Origin: Chiloscyllium plagiosum
Taxonomy: Eukaryota
Assembly: GCF_004010195.1 (NCBI RefSeq)
Contig: NC_057754.1
Span: forward strand, 2,541,498-2,605,497
Direction of reading: 5' to 3'
DNA length: 64,000 bases
Under the pieces are notes generated by a model. It did not search any database, was not told the DNA's origin, and worked only from the letters and a program-made list of their open reading frames with translations. A program made the position numbers and the translations under genes. Below are positions 38,594 through 52,621 of this stretch, piece by piece; position 1 is the stretch's first letter, and every line of letters starts with the position of its first letter.

Positions 38594-38876
38594 CTTCTAT
38601 TCCATGGTCTATCAGGACAGCTGGTGACAATATCAATAGATCTTGGGGCCAGTCACCATCCAACAAGACAGTGTTCTCTGGGGAAGAAGATGAAGAATCC
38701 GAATCAAGGTCCAAGTAGCACCGGTAGCGATTGCAGAGTGTGCAGAATGGTGGGGTCCCACTGGGCCCCTGTGGGTAAGGTACGGTTTCTTTCTGCAGGT
38801 AGCTTCTGATCGCACCACTGTGATGAACTGGGCGGTCTCTGTGCCAAATATAATGGCAAGGGATAGTGGCAATCAC
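38594..38876 (-). CDS. SPDYC: Speedy/RINGO protein, coding exon 5
   Basis: tgctgaag|GTG...GAAG|gtatgg, 283 bp. Encodes VIATIPCHYIWHRDRPVHHSGAIRSY...PQGPSGTPPFCTLC...SSSSSPE...DWPQDLLILSPAVLID. Confidence 0.9.
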
Positions 38877-39664
38877 CTTCAGCAAAGAAACCAAAGGCAC
38901 AAACATCTCATTGGGTGAACAAAATGACAGACAGCATACACACCGCCAGAAATGGAAATGAGCAATATTTCAACATTTGTATAACCACTGTGGCCCCTGC
39001 TTGATACCCTCTGTGCATTGACTCCTGGCTCAGCCAAGCAGTGAGTGCAGACCCACCTCCCAATAATTCTGAGAAGCAATGGGCTGCAACACCAAGCCCT
39101 TAGTATGAATCCTTGAAGGGAAACAGGATCTTTTGTAGACTGCTCACCCAAGCAGCCAATGTATGATTCAGGAAGCTATAGAATCCCTACAATGTGGAAG
39201 CAGGCCATTCAGCCCAGAGTCCGCACTGACCCCCTGAAAAGCATCCACCCAGACCCTATCACATCCCTCCCCTGCATTTCCCATGGCTAACCCACCTAGC
39301 CTGGACACACTGGGCAATTTATTATGATTAATCCACCTCACCTGCACTGTTTGGACAGTGGGAGGAAAGCAGAGCACCTGGAGGAAACCCACACTGACAT
39401 GGGGGGAAAGTGCAAACTCCTGTTTCCCAAGGCTGGAATCAAACCCAGCTCCCTGGTGCTGGAAGGCAGCTGTGCTAACCACAGAGCAACCTGGCTCAGT
39501 TTAACAGAAAATGTCAGCTTGCAGAGTTTGATAGCCCACAAATTGAACAGCAGCAAAGACTGAGCTGAGCTCTAAAGTGACTCACTGACCCAGGGCTATA
39601 AGCAAAAAGCACAGTAAAGCATCAATGTTACCCTGAAGTTACAACACCAAGTCCAGCATATCAC

Positions 39665-39836
39665 CTCCTCACAGCATCGCCGGCTGACTGCCGCCTTGTA
39701 ATCCATTTGAGCCCACAGGTCCAGTCGCAATTTGAGGAATTTCGGCACAAGCTTCCTCCAGTTGTCACCCAATGCCCATGGAAATATCTCATACTTGTAC
39801 TGCTCCTCATCCTCCTCCATGTCATTTGCCAGGTAC
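39665..39836 (-). CDS. SPDYC: Speedy/RINGO protein, coding exon 4
   Basis: ctgcag|G...GAG|gtgata, 172 bp. Encodes [26 protein letters not shown]...VSRRCCEE, the core of the Speedy box. Confidence 0.96.
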
Positions 39837-40968
39837 CTGCAGGAGCAATTACAAAGACCTGCCAGTTAACCCTGTTAATTGTCAGGCTGCTTGTGAAAAT
39901 AAACAAATTCTTAATCACAATCGTATTGGATGCAGCCATTTTGCCTATTCCATGAATGGGTGGGGTCAAGCCCTCACAGAACTAGGATTTTTTTTTTATT
40001 TTAAGTTTTCAGTAGCAGTTACTGCTGGGGTCTTGAAGTTGGATGTGGGCTTGGTTTTTCTTGTTATAGCTAGAAGCAGGGGTTCTCTTCCTGCTGTATA
40101 TGGGCAGGACTCAGCAGGTGATCACCTTGATGGATCGTGCTGTGGGCCCCCCAATAAATACAGGGAATGGAGGAGCAAATATGCAGAGAGATCATAGACA
40201 TTTGCAAGAACATTAGGGCATTTGAACTTTCCAAACAGAGTGGGATGGCCAGTGTTAAGGGCTTGGATGGGGAAGAATTTGTTAAAATGTGTTCAATAGA
40301 AATCAACATGTAGATACACTTACTAATGGAAGGAACACTGGATCGGCTCCTAGGAAATAAGGCAAGGCAAGTGACTGAAGTGGGGGAGCATTTTGGGGCC
40401 AGCGATCATAATTCTAAAAGCTTTAAAATAGTTGTGGAAAGGTTAGGTCTTGTATAAAAGTGAAAGTTTCTAATTGAAGTAAAGCAAATGGACAGTATGA
40501 GGGGAACTTGCAAAAAAATTGACTGGAGTCGACTGTTCTCAGGTGAAGGGACCACTGGCAAGTGAGAAGCTTTCCAAAGAGACAAATGTTGAGGCATTAT
40601 ATTCTTTTTAAGAGTGAATCCCACACAAAGGATGGTGTGTATGTGGAATGATCTGCCAGAAGTGGTAGATGCAGGTATAGTTACACTATTTAAAAAGACA
40701 TTTGGACTAATAGGAATAGGAAAGGTTTGGAAGGATATGGGCCAATTGCAAGCAAGTGGGAGCAGTTTAGTTTCAGAAACCTGGTCAGCATGGACAAGTC
40801 GGACTAAAAAGGTCTGTTTCTGTACTGAATGACTCTATAAAAGCAAGACTTGGAGTCACAACTGCCTTCCAGGTGCAAAGATAAAAATAGATTCCGACCA
40901 GACAACAAGCACCTGACCCAACCCTACATGAGGAGGCTGACTGCCACAATTAAGAGGCATGTACTTAC

Positions 40969-41054
40969 AGCGCCAAGAAGAAGTTCATTCTGGAGTACTG
41001 ACTTATGTGAAGCTCTGCACGTTTGAAGTAAGTCAGCACCATGGCCAATAAATA
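40969..41054 (-). CDS. SPDYC: Speedy/RINGO protein, coding exon 3
   Basis: ctttcag|TAT...CT|gtaagt, 86 bp. Encodes YLLAMVLTYFKRAELHISQYSRMNFFLAL. Confidence 0.96.
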
Positions 41055-42661
41055 CTGAAAGAGAGCAGTTGGGGTTCAGATACAAAAAAAAAAAGAGGTA
41101 AATGAGACTTGTTGGCTCACTGAAACAAACATGTATCACAGAATCCTAGATTAGCAAAGCTAGTTCAGCAGTCTGGATACTACAATTAACCCTGGTATGA
41201 TCCCACTCCTGTTCACTGCACTGTTTCATTCACTGATTCTTGCTCAAAACAGGAAGTTTGGTTCAGAAGCCTCTCACATTAGAAAGTCTCACTCCTAGAA
41301 CCTACTCCTGAACCAAACAGGAGTCAGTGTAGTGCAAAAACTAGCTAGTAAACACTGTCATGTTGCAGGGGCATATTGTGCCCGTTTCACAAAGTTTTGA
41401 ACCAGTTCCTCTTGACCTTTCAACATTATGCTAATCAGGATATAATCTTGAAAGTAAACCACTCAATTAGCACTGTGCAACATTTGATATACAGTGTGTC
41501 AGGTCATTAAGCTACACAGTCTCAACTGTATGGTCAGTGCCTTCCAACAATTTATTATAACAAGACAGTGATAACTGTGCATGTGACCACTGAAGTCATG
41601 TGGAGTTTGCAAGAATGTGGAATGACTGGTTGAGTGAGATTGCTGCCAGTACACAGGCAAATTGCCTAATGGGAGTTAATTTCTGCAGATGCTGAAATCT
41701 GAACTAAAACAGTAGAAAATGCTGGAGATCACAGCTGGTCAGGCAGTACCTATGGACAGAGCAGGCTAATGTTTTGAGGCATGACTCTTCATCAGGTCTC
41801 TCCAAAAGATGCTGCCGGACCCACTGCGATTCCCAGCTTTTTTTTGCTTTAGTACAGATTGCATAATTCAACTAACTGCACAGGTGGATGCCATTCAACA
41901 AGTATCTAAATCACGACTGGAAAGCAGCCAAGGATATATGGACCAACTGGGATCAGAGTGACATCCAAAGGTGGTGGTGAGTGAAATATGTACAGAATGC
42001 AACCAGCAGGCTGTTGTCACCCATCAGATCACATTAAATGGCACCACTTCCATCAACACCTGTAGCTCTGAAGTGCCAGCACATTTGGCCTTTTGAACAC
42101 TCTAGAATATAGATTGCTGAAAATTTAATACATTGAACCTTGGGACTTCACTTGGTCAGATAAAATCTGAACACAAACCACAACTGAAAGACCTGAAAAT
42201 AGTTCCGAACCAAACACCATGCTAGAATTATAAACTTGAATGGGGTGAACAATAAATGCCATTAGACACTGCTCAAATGCCTGCAGGGCACACTGAATCC
42301 ATATAGCATGGAAGCTGGCCTTTCAGCCCATCAAGTCCACATCAACCCTCCAAAGAGCATTCCACCTAGACCCAGCCCCCTACCCTAACTCGACATTTCC
42401 CATGGCTAATCTAGCCTGCACATCTCTGAACACTATAGGGCAATTGAGCATGGCCAATCTACCCTAACCTGTACAACTATGGACTGTGGGAGGAAACCTA
42501 AGCACCCAGAGGAAACTCTCACAGATACAAAGCGTGCACAACCTTCAGTCGCCCAAGCCTGGAGTGGTGTTAGTTTCAAGACTGCCTGTAAGTTAGAACT
42601 ACTCATTTCATGTCTAGAGCCCAGTATCCCAACTGCACATGTGGCTGCCATTCCCCAGTAC

Positions 42662-42720
42662 CTTATCTGCAATTCGGCAGCAACTGTCCATCCAGAGGAA
42701 ATCCTGAATCATCTCGTCAT
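42662..42720 (-). CDS. SPDYC: Speedy/RINGO protein, coding exon 2
   Basis: cttgcag|AT...AAG|gtactg, 59 bp. Encodes DDEMIQDFLWMDSCCRIADK. Confidence 0.95.
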
Positions 42721-43524
42721 CTGCAAGAAACAAAATACAGACCAAATATAGCAAGCTACCAAACAAGCATCGACACAGGGGAGGAGAAAAGACAACTGCA
42801 GGCTTTTCGGCACCCACATTCTAGGAGCCACATTATTGCACACAATAAGTGAAAACTCAAGCCAGTCTAGCCTATTGAGAGCTCAAACTTCCAATCGGGT
42901 TCCTTAGAAATTTAACTCTCCATTTAGCAGAACCCAACTACAGTTGTATCCCTTGGCAAACACTTGGCCCCTTAAATTGACTGCAATATTAATCACCAAG
43001 AAATACTCATTTTGGTGCCTTAAGAGACAGGAGCCAAGGTGAATTGCATTTTTGCCTCCACTTTATTGCCACTAATTATTTAACTGGACATTAAGGCAAT
43101 GTTCAGTTTCTCTCCACCACCTCCAACCAGCCCCCACCCTCCCTCAGGGTTTCAAGACTTTTAGAATGCAGCACAAAGGGGCCCTCTGGTGGCTTGGAGT
43201 TAGAGCATGCTCAGGGCTACAAACTTGCTCATCACTGCAGGAATCCAAAAGCAAGCATCTTCACCCAGCCATGTGAGGTCATTCCACTGCGGAGAGGAAT
43301 TCCCCTCCAACACAAAACAGTTTGAAAATGCAACTTTTTGTAAATATTCAAACTGTTGGAGTCCAGGAACAGGCAAAGTGGAATGAGACTACTATCAGAC
43401 CAGACCATGATCTTTGAGAGCACAGACCTAAGGGGATAGCTCCAGATCAAAATATTTTAATATAATGCGTAATATGTAGCATTTTAAGCAGCACATCTCA
43501 AAGTACTTGCGAACGATGCTGTAG

Positions 43525-44478
43525 TAGTTCAAAGTTTGGGAGAAGATTTGTAGCTCGGGTGCTCGTTGTTGTGGTTCTGTTCGCCGAGCTGGAAATTTGT
43601 GTTGCAGACGTTTCATCCCCTGTCTAGGTGATATCCTCAGTGGTTGGGAGCCTCCTGTGAAGCGCTTGTGATGTTTCCTCCGGCATTTATAGTGGTTTGT
43701 CTCTGCCGCTTCCGGTTGTCAGTTCCAGCTGTCCGCTGCAGTGGCCGGTATATTGGGTCCAGGTCGATGTGCTTGTTGATTGAATCTGTGGATGAGTGCC
43801 ATGTCTCTAGGAATTCCCTAGCTGTTCTCTGTTTGGCTTGACCTATAAAATAGTAGTGTTGTCCCAGTCAAACTCTTGTTGCTTGTTATGTGTGTGGGGC
43901 TACTAAGGATAGCTGGTCATGTCATTTCGTGGCTAGTTGGTGTTCATGGATGCAGATCATTAGCTGTCTTCCTGTTTGTCCTATGTAGTGTTTTGTGCAA
44001 AAACAGAATCCCATGCAAGGACTGCACAAAACACTACATAGGACAAACAGGAAGACAGCTAACGATCCGCATCCATGAACACCAACTAGCCACGAAACGA
44101 CATGACCAGCTATCCTTAGTAGCCCCACACGCAGATAACAAGCAACAAGAGTTCGACTAGGACAACACTACCATTATAGGACAAGCCAAACAGAGAACAG
44201 CCAGGGAATTCCTAGAGGCATGGCAATCATCCACAGATTCAATAAGCTCCACAGAATCAATCAATAAGCACATCTACCTGGACCCAATATACCGGCCACT
44301 GCAGCAGACAGCTGGAACTGATAACCAGGAGCGGCAGATACAAATCACTATAAATGCCGGAGGAAACATCACAGAAGCGCTTCACAGGAGGCTCCCAACC
44401 GCTGAGGATGTCACCTAGACAGGGGACGAAACGTCCGCAACACAAATTCCCAGCTCAGCGAACAGAATCACAGCAATG
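43525..44478. mobile_element. Penelope-like element, about 430-bp inverted arms with a GIY-YIG fragment and hammerhead motifs
   Basis: Arms about 43565-43998 and 44023-44478. Encodes IPCKDCTKHYIGQTGRQLTIRIHEHQLATKRHD. Hammerhead motif CTGAGGA-TGTCACCTAGACAGGGGAC-GAAACGTC at 44402-44435, with its mirror copy near 43605-43640. Confidence 0.9.
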
Positions 44479-44981
44479 TTGTAGGAGGTTATAACACTGC
44501 AAAGGTATGTGTTGTAATGTTGGCAAACTTGACAATCTATACACAAGATTACACAAACCACCATCTGATACAGACCAGTTTCCTACTGGGTGAAGGACAA
44601 ACTTATATCAGAATAGGAAGATTTCGGGTTCTCTGGAATGTACAGTGGGATCTGTCTGCTGTTTGATCTTGAGTGGGCACAACATTCCTTGGCATTACTC
44701 AGGACAGGTGCAGGCCTCTGAAGCAGTTTTACAAGCCACAAACTTCGACAGTGCAACAGCTGGGCCATGTTAACTCATTCAGAAAGCCCTAGTAATGAAG
44801 TAGCCAATCTAGGCAGGAGGACCTGTGAAAAATCACCTGCTTTGGGACAGGTACTGGTAGTTAATAACCTCAAACCAAACCCTAGGACACTGCCCAACTG
44901 ATGCTGAATGACAATGAATTCCTACATCAGTAACTTGATGACTCAACAGAAACTTAACCGAATCAGCTGGTTGAAAAATGT

Positions 44982-45088
44982 GCTGAAAATGTGTTGCTGG
45001 AAAAGCGCAGATCAGGCAGCATCCAGGGAACAGGAGAATCGACGTTTCGGGCATAAGCCCTTCTTCAGGAATGAGGAAAGTTGAAAAA
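44982..45088 (-). mobile_element. Short Penelope-derived hammerhead element with an apparent target duplication
   Basis: CTGAAGAAGGGCTTATGCCCGAAACGTC on the minus strand, flanked by TGGTTGAAAAATGT on both sides. Confidence 0.65.
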
Positions 45089-48000
45089 TGGTTGAAAAAT
45101 GTAGCTACTACAGAAGACCAGATGCAGGGTCCTCTTTACAAGATAATCAACCACCAATGCAGACCCTCAGCTGCAAAGATTCAAGTCAGAAGAATACAGA
45201 AGTCTGCATGATCCTAGTTGGATGTAACTACACATCAATAATAAACACTACAAAATCAGTTTCTTGATGCCACCACTGCTGGGCTGCACAGCCCACTGCC
45301 TCCACTACCAGGTCACGGCAATGAGACAATATGGTAACTCAGCTCAGTTACTGCAGATACTCAAAGCATTTGTCTTCCCTTCAACCAAGGAGGGCAAGCA
45401 CTGGAGCACCATGAGGAATAAAGACTAATTTACCTTAAAATGGGGATAGGCAATCAATGCCCACTTAGAGACATCTCTGAACATCTTCAGTGAATCCAAA
45501 TGCACAAATAAACTAAGTTTTAGAAAAAACCTCAAAAATCCATGAAAAGGTAACAATGGTAGGGTGGGTGGGGGGTGGGGGGGAATTTTTTTTTTTTAAA
45601 AACGCAATGGAATCTTTCCAAGAATTGACGGTCCACAACATTTTAGACAACCTAAAGTATATTAAAAAAAGGAGGAAATGCTGAGACTTTTGAAAAATAC
45701 AACAGCTTTTCTGATTTCTCAATTCTTTCAGAAACAAAATCAAGACAGCGGGGTAAGCTCATTCTTTTCAAGAGCAGTCAGGTATCACATTCTACACTTG
45801 GTGGTGTTTTTATTCACAGTGGAATGAGAGAGTTCAGAACCAAGACAGAATCACCAAATTGAGCCTTTAACAAGGCAATGATCTGGGACTGAGATTCAGG
45901 AATAATTAGCTGAACACATTACCCTTTTACGAGTTTAACATTGATGAGCAGGAGCAGATGCAGATGCATCACAGCCACAAGATGTACTGCTCCTCTAGTA
46001 TCAGCAAGATTCAGTTGACCTCAAAAGGTTGACTTTTAATCCTGGCTCTGGCATTTTAGCAAGACTGCCACCAATGCATTACAGTGTAGTCAGATGTACA
46101 GCATGTAAACAGACGCTTTGGTCCAATTTGTCCATGTTGACCAGATATCCTAAATCAATCTAGTCCCCTTTGCCAGCACTTGGCCAATTCCCCTCCAAAC
46201 CCTTCCTATTCATATACCCGTCCAGATGCCTTTTAAATGGCATAATTGTACTAGCCTCCACCACTTCCTCTGGCAGCTCATTCCATACATGCACCACCCT
46301 CTGAAAAAGTTGCCCCTTGGGTTTTTTTTTTAATCTTTCCAGTCTCATTCTGGACTGCCTTCAGAATGGAGTTTAAATCAGGCACCAACCACCTTGATCA
46401 AAAAGAGAACAAAATAACTAGGGGTTGGCCATTCAGCCCCTTGAAGCTACTTTGGTGTAAAGCCATAATTGATCAGATGGGAAAGTGGAGTGAGGCCACG
46501 TGATCACCTTCTCCTTGCTTGTGAGTCCTTGATCTAAAGGATGTCTAATTCAGTCTAGGATGCATCCAATGATCCAGCTGCCATTGCTCACCAAGAGGAG
46601 AATTCCACTATAAAAGTGTTAAGGCTATGGTCAGAGTAAGGAGTCATTAGGTATAGACAATCAGGAATCAAGTGAATCTCTTTAAGAGTATGGGTGTGGG
46701 GGCATTTTTAAGAGGGAAATGAAGGGGACAAAAAAATGGATGAAGTAGCGTTTTAAGATTAAGGAGAATCCAAAGGAGATTCCACAGTACATTAAGAGTT
46801 AAAAAAGAAACCAAGGAGAGAATTGGGCCCTTAAAGTCAAAGTTGTCTAGGTGTGGAACTACAGGAGATGGGAGAGAGATACTAAAATATTTCACATCAG
46901 TTCTTATTGTGGAGAAAGAAATGGAAAGTCAAGGCCAGGAAACTCGGAAATAAATTTAGATGCCCTTAAAAACAATTCACGTTACAGAAGAGGTGATGCT
47001 GGAGGTCTTAAAGTGGATAAATCTCCAAGACCTGATCAAGTGTTTCCTAGGATTTTGCGTGAAGTTAGGGGAAAAAGAAAATGAAGGGGTCCCTACCAAA
47101 GATTAGTTTCATCTGCAGCCACAGGTGACAGTGGTTCACAAATGCAATGAATCGTCAAAAGGAAGTGGCAGACAGGTACAGTTGTAACATTTAAAAGACT
47201 TTGATAGGTACATAGGGAAGGTTTAGAGGGATGAGCGCCAAAAGCTGGTAAGCATGACTAATTTAACTTGGGAAGCTTGGTAGTCATGGACAAATTAGAC
47301 CAAAGGGTTTGTTTCTATGTTGTATGATTAAAGAAGAGATTCCTCCCCATCTCCATCATGAATGGGACACCCTTTTATTCTCAAACTGCACCAGTTTTGA
47401 ATTTCATCTCCAACAATTCAACACTCCACTTAAATGATAAAAGGTGCACATCTTTCACGCCCTCAGTAACATTTCCCTGCCTGTTTCTAATACTAGAACT
47501 GTTAAAATCTTGGATTTCTGTCATGCCCCATTTTGTTTACTTAACTATTAGTCTTCAGCTGCCTCCGTGCCAAGCCTCTGATTCCCACTACCTTTAAAGG
47601 GATCCTTTTTAAGAAATGCAAATCTCCCACGTTGTCCTATTCCAGCATATCCTCTAGTGTCCTTATATCATATTTTGCTCAAGAACACAATCATCAAGTT
47701 CCTTGGGGCATATTAACAAATCACAATGTTAATTGCTCAAAGCTGATCAATGTTAATTCTTCAGAAATCAATAGTTCAAGACAGTCCTTCAGCTCACTGC
47801 TGCTCAAGGATAGTTGCTGAAAAGAATGGCAGCCAATGACCTATGTGACAACAGTTTCTAAAATTAACGGCTCGTGCTGAATGTGTTTATTTTGTGTAGT
47901 TCACTGAGCAACTTTATCCCATCAGTACTGGACCATTCTAAACTAGCAGCTGTTCTCAGGGTTATTTCAGCATGCCACGGAATCACAGGCAGCGAAGTAT

Positions 48001-48529
48001 TTTCATTTTGATCATACCATATCTATGTGACTGTGTGCATCCTACCAGCAAATCAAAAATAAAAGAGGATTGGCGCAGTATCAGAAAAAATTGCTTTAAT
48101 TCAAAAATACTAACCATGTCAAGATATCAAGGTTTTGTGGCTGTCATTTCTAACTTTCTCTCTTCCCCCATGGACAAACGCAGTATGCATTACCCATTCC
48201 TAATTGCTTTTTGAGAAGGTAACAGTAGACTGTCCCTTGAACTGCTGCAGTCCATCTGGTTTTGGTGAAGAATGGCTGACGCCTGTACAATTTCACCCTC
48301 GCACAGTCAGCACCTTCAAGTCAGGGCAGAGGCCAAGCTATGTCTATCAAGTCAGCATTAAAAATTTTGCAAATTGGTCGTAACATTCATCTCTGTTCCA
48401 GTAAGCTGTGGGCTCAAGTTCCACTCCAGAGATTGAACACAAGAAAACTCGCATCTAAGACCACAGGGCACTGCTGAGTTTCAGCAGGTATGGTTTATGG
48501 GGCTGTAATATGGCTCAGTGGTTAGCACC

Positions 48530-51500
48530 AGAGTCCTAGTGAATTGCTAACTAGGGCTGCAGACAGATTAAACTAAACTGGACAGGGTGGGGGGTAATGT
48601 TGGAGGGGGGTTCACTTATCGGGGAAATTACAAAATCCGATTTAGAGGTGCAATGCAGATCTCTGCAGAGGTTATTAAAACCTCCAGCACAGAAATTGGA
48701 CAATATGAAAAGGGTTAACAATCAAGCTTAAGCACACTGGACAAACTAGTGACAATTAGAAGAGGGACACTTAATACAGGACTGAAGAGGTTATATTCTT
48801 TATACTGCATGCATTCAGATAAGGTATATGAGCTTATAGCACAGACCAAAGTTAGTAGGTATAATGGGTTGGCATCACAGACATGGCTGCAAGGGGATCA
48901 GGATTGGGAACTGAATGTTCAAGGATATACGTACTATTGAAAAGATGGGTAAAGGGGCAGGATTGCCTTAGAAATGAAATTAAATCAATAGTAAGAAATG
49001 AAGTGGGTCAGGGGTGTGTGTAGAATTAAAGAACGGCAAAGGTGAAAAAAACCATAGTTGGAATTATGTACAGGCCTCCAACCAGTAGTCAGGAGCTGGG
49101 GTACAAGATACATCAGGAGATCAAAGACATGTGCAGGAAAGGCAAAGTTAGTGATCTTGGGGAAGTTCAATATGCAGGTGGACTGGGAAAATGAGATTGG
49201 CAGTGGATTGCAAGAAAGTTAGTGTAATATCCACAAGATGGCCTTTGGAGCAGCTTGTGGTGGAACCCGCTGGGGAAAAACAATACTGGATTTAGTGTTG
49301 TGCAGCGAGATAGACTTGATGAGGGTGTTTAAGGTGAAGAAACCTTCATAATGATTGAATTTACTCTGCCATTTGAGAAGGAGAAGATTGAATCAAAGGT
49401 AACAGTATTATAGCTGAATAAAGGCAACTACAGCAGCATGAGGAAGGAGATGGTAGAATGGTACAGCAGGATCTTGATTAAATGGACCAATGGGCCGAGG
49501 AGTGACATATGGAGTTTAATTTAAATACATGTGCAGTGCTGCATTTTGAGAAAGCAAATCTTAAGAGGACTTATACACATAATGGTAAGGTCTAGGGAGT
49601 GTTGCTGAACAAAGACTGTGGAGTGCAGGTCCGTAGCTCCTTGAAAGAGGAGTCGCAGGTGGATAGCATAGTGAAGGCAGCATTTGGTATGCTTTCCTTT
49701 ATTGGCTAGAGTACGAGTATAGGAGTTGGGAGGTCACGTTGCAGCTGTACAAGACACTGGTTAGGCCACTTTAGGAATATTGCGTGAAATTCTAGACTCC
49801 TTCCTATCGGAAGGATATGGTGAAACTTGAAAGGGTTCAGAAAAGATTTACAAGGATAAAGCCAGGGTTGGAGGATTTGAGCTATAGGGAATGGCTGAAT
49901 AGGCTGTTTTCCCTGGAGTGTCAGAGGCTTGGGGTGGGTGGGGGGGGGGGGGGTGACCTTATAGAAGCTTATAAAATCATGAGGGATAGCGTAAATAGAC
50001 AAGGTATTTTCATCAGTGGGTGAGTCCAGAACTAGAAGGCATAGGTTTAAGGTGACCGGGGAAGACATAAAAGGGACCCAAGAGGCAACGTTTTCACGCA
50101 GCAGGTGGTGCATATATGGAATGATTTGCCAATGGAAGTGGCAAGGCTGGTACAATTACAATATTTAAAAGGCATCTGGATCAGTATATGAATAGGAAGA
50201 ATTTAGAGGGATATGGGACAAGATTAGGTTGGGATATCTGGTCGGCATGGGAGAGTTGGACCGAAGATGTACAACATAGAAACAGACTCTATGACCAGGA
50301 AAGGAGCCTAGCAGAAAAGACTATCGAACAGCAATGGCAGGGGTTCCTGGGAATAATTCAGAAGACACAGTAGAGATTCCGGAGGATAAAGCAGCATGAT
50401 ATAGGGAGGATGATTCAACTAGTGAAGTGAGAGATAGCATAAAAGTAAGAGACAACAGAGAATGCGGTGAGGGGCAATGGAAAAGCCAGAGGATTGGGAA
50501 GCTTACAAAGACCAACAAAGGGCAACAAAGAAAAAGGGAGAAGATTAAATACAAGGGTGAACTAACCAATAATTTAAGGAAGATTAAGAGTTTTGACTAA
50601 GGACAAAATAAAAAGGCAAAGTGGACACTGCACTGTTGAAAAACAACATTGGAAAGATAGTAGTGGCAAACAAGGAAATAGCTGAGGGACTAAATAATTG
50701 CTTTGTCAGTCTTCATGGTAGAAGACACCAGTAATATTCCAAAAATTCAGAGTAATGGCAGAGCTGAGTATGGTGGCTGTTACCAAGGAGAAGGCGCTAG
50801 TAAAATTGAATGGCCTAAAAGTGGCTAAATCTCCTGGACGAGACTACACACCAGAGTTCTAAGAGATAGCTGAAGAGTTTGTGAAGGTGTTACTGGTGAT
50901 CTTTCAGGAATCATAAGAATCAGGAAGGGTCCCAGAGGACTGGAAAATACAAACATGGTGTAAGGCAAGGTGTTAGCATGGATAGAAGCTCGGCTACCTG
51001 GCGGAAAGAGTGGGGATAAAAGGGTCATTTTCAGGATCACAGCCAGTGACAAGGTGGTGTTCTGCAAGGCTGAGTGCTGGGACCACAACTTTTTACTTTT
51101 ACATAACCATCTAGATGAAGGAACGGAAGGCATTCTGGCTAGGTTTGCCTACAATAAAGACAAGTAGAGGCACAGATAGCATTGAGGAAGCATGGAGGCT
51201 ACAGAAGGATTTGGACACGTTAGGTGAGTGGAAGAAAGAGTGGCAGATAGAGTAAAACATGAAAAAATGTGAGACCATGCATTTTAGTAGGAGGAATATA
51301 GAGGATAGACTATTTTCTAACTGGGGAGAAAATTCAGAAGTCTGAAATGCAAAGAGACTTGGGAGTTTAGACCAGAATTCTCTCAAGGTGAACCTGCTGA
51401 TTGAGTCAAATGCAATAATGGCATGTACTTTCAGGACTTGACTATAAAAGCAGGGACTTACTGGAGGCTCTAAGGCTCTGGTCAGGTCACATTTGGAGTA

Positions 51501-51960
51501 TTGTGTGCAGTTTTGGGCCCCATATCTCAGGAAGGATTTACTAGCCTTCAAGTGGGTTGAGAGAAAGTTCACAAGAATGGTCCCAGGAACGAAAAGTCTA
51601 ACATAAGGAACCTTTGAAGACTGAGTCCAAACTCAATCTAGTTTAGAAGAAGGATATTGGAGGGGGATCTAATTGATACATACAGAATGCCGAATGGCTT
51701 GGACAGTAGATGTTGAGAAGATATTTCCATTGGTGGGAGAGACCAACTCCAAGGTATGCCCTTGGATCCAAGGGAATACCTTTTAGAACAGAGTTAAGGA
51801 GAAACCTCTTCAGCAAGGGAGTGGTGAATTTATGGAATTTGTTGCTACAGAAAGCTGTGGAGGCCAGCTCATTGAGTGTAGTTAAGACCAAGATAGATAG
51901 GTTCTGGAGTATCAAGGAATCAAGGGTTTATGGGGAAAAAGCAGGAGAATAGGGTCAAGA
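48530..51960 (+). mobile_element. Long decayed CR1-type LINE (endonuclease plus RT remnants) with a nested CR1/HER1 fragment at about 49455-50275
   Basis: TWLQGDQDWELNVQGY endonuclease remnant, LARFAYNKDK, LVRSHLEYCVQFWAP; nested copy with VKLERVQKRFTR. Confidence 0.8.
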
Positions 51961-52621
51961 AACTTAGCCACATTTGGGCTGAATGGTCTCATGCTGTCTC
52001 AGCAACATGGACCCTGGTTCGATTCCACACTCAGGTGACTCCATGCAGAGTTTGCACATCCTCCCCATGTGTGGGTTTCCTCCTACAGTCCAAAGATGGT
52101 GGATTGGCCACAGGATAAAAGGGGTTTGGTGAAAGAATCTGGGTGGGATGCTGTTCGGAGAGACAGTGTGGACTTGTTGGGCCAAATGGCCTGTTTACCA
52201 AGTTGTAGGCATTCTCAGGATTATCAGATTGCGCTTTCGTGGAAGCTCACAGAACCACATGACCTACATTACAAAGGAAACACCTTTTGTCTATAAAGCA
52301 CTCTGGGGTGCCCCAGGGTTGAGAAGGGCATTGTGGAAACGTAAATCTGTGTTAGCAAACGAGCCCAGGAACTCTAAACAATAGTCCAAGCCCCCTTGTG
52401 CCCATCTAACTGGGGATGTTAGTTAATTATCTATTTCAATATTCTGGAAGATCTTCATCCCTAAGTACTAAATGACCAGTGCCAATCTCAATATTCATTT
52501 CAGTTCAATGTGATGTCTATCAGTTTGGCAGTTACATATCTGTTCCAGCCGCAGTGTTTGAAAGGAGAAATATAAAACACCAGAATACACAATTTGATCA
52601 ATAAAATGAATTCAGACATAC

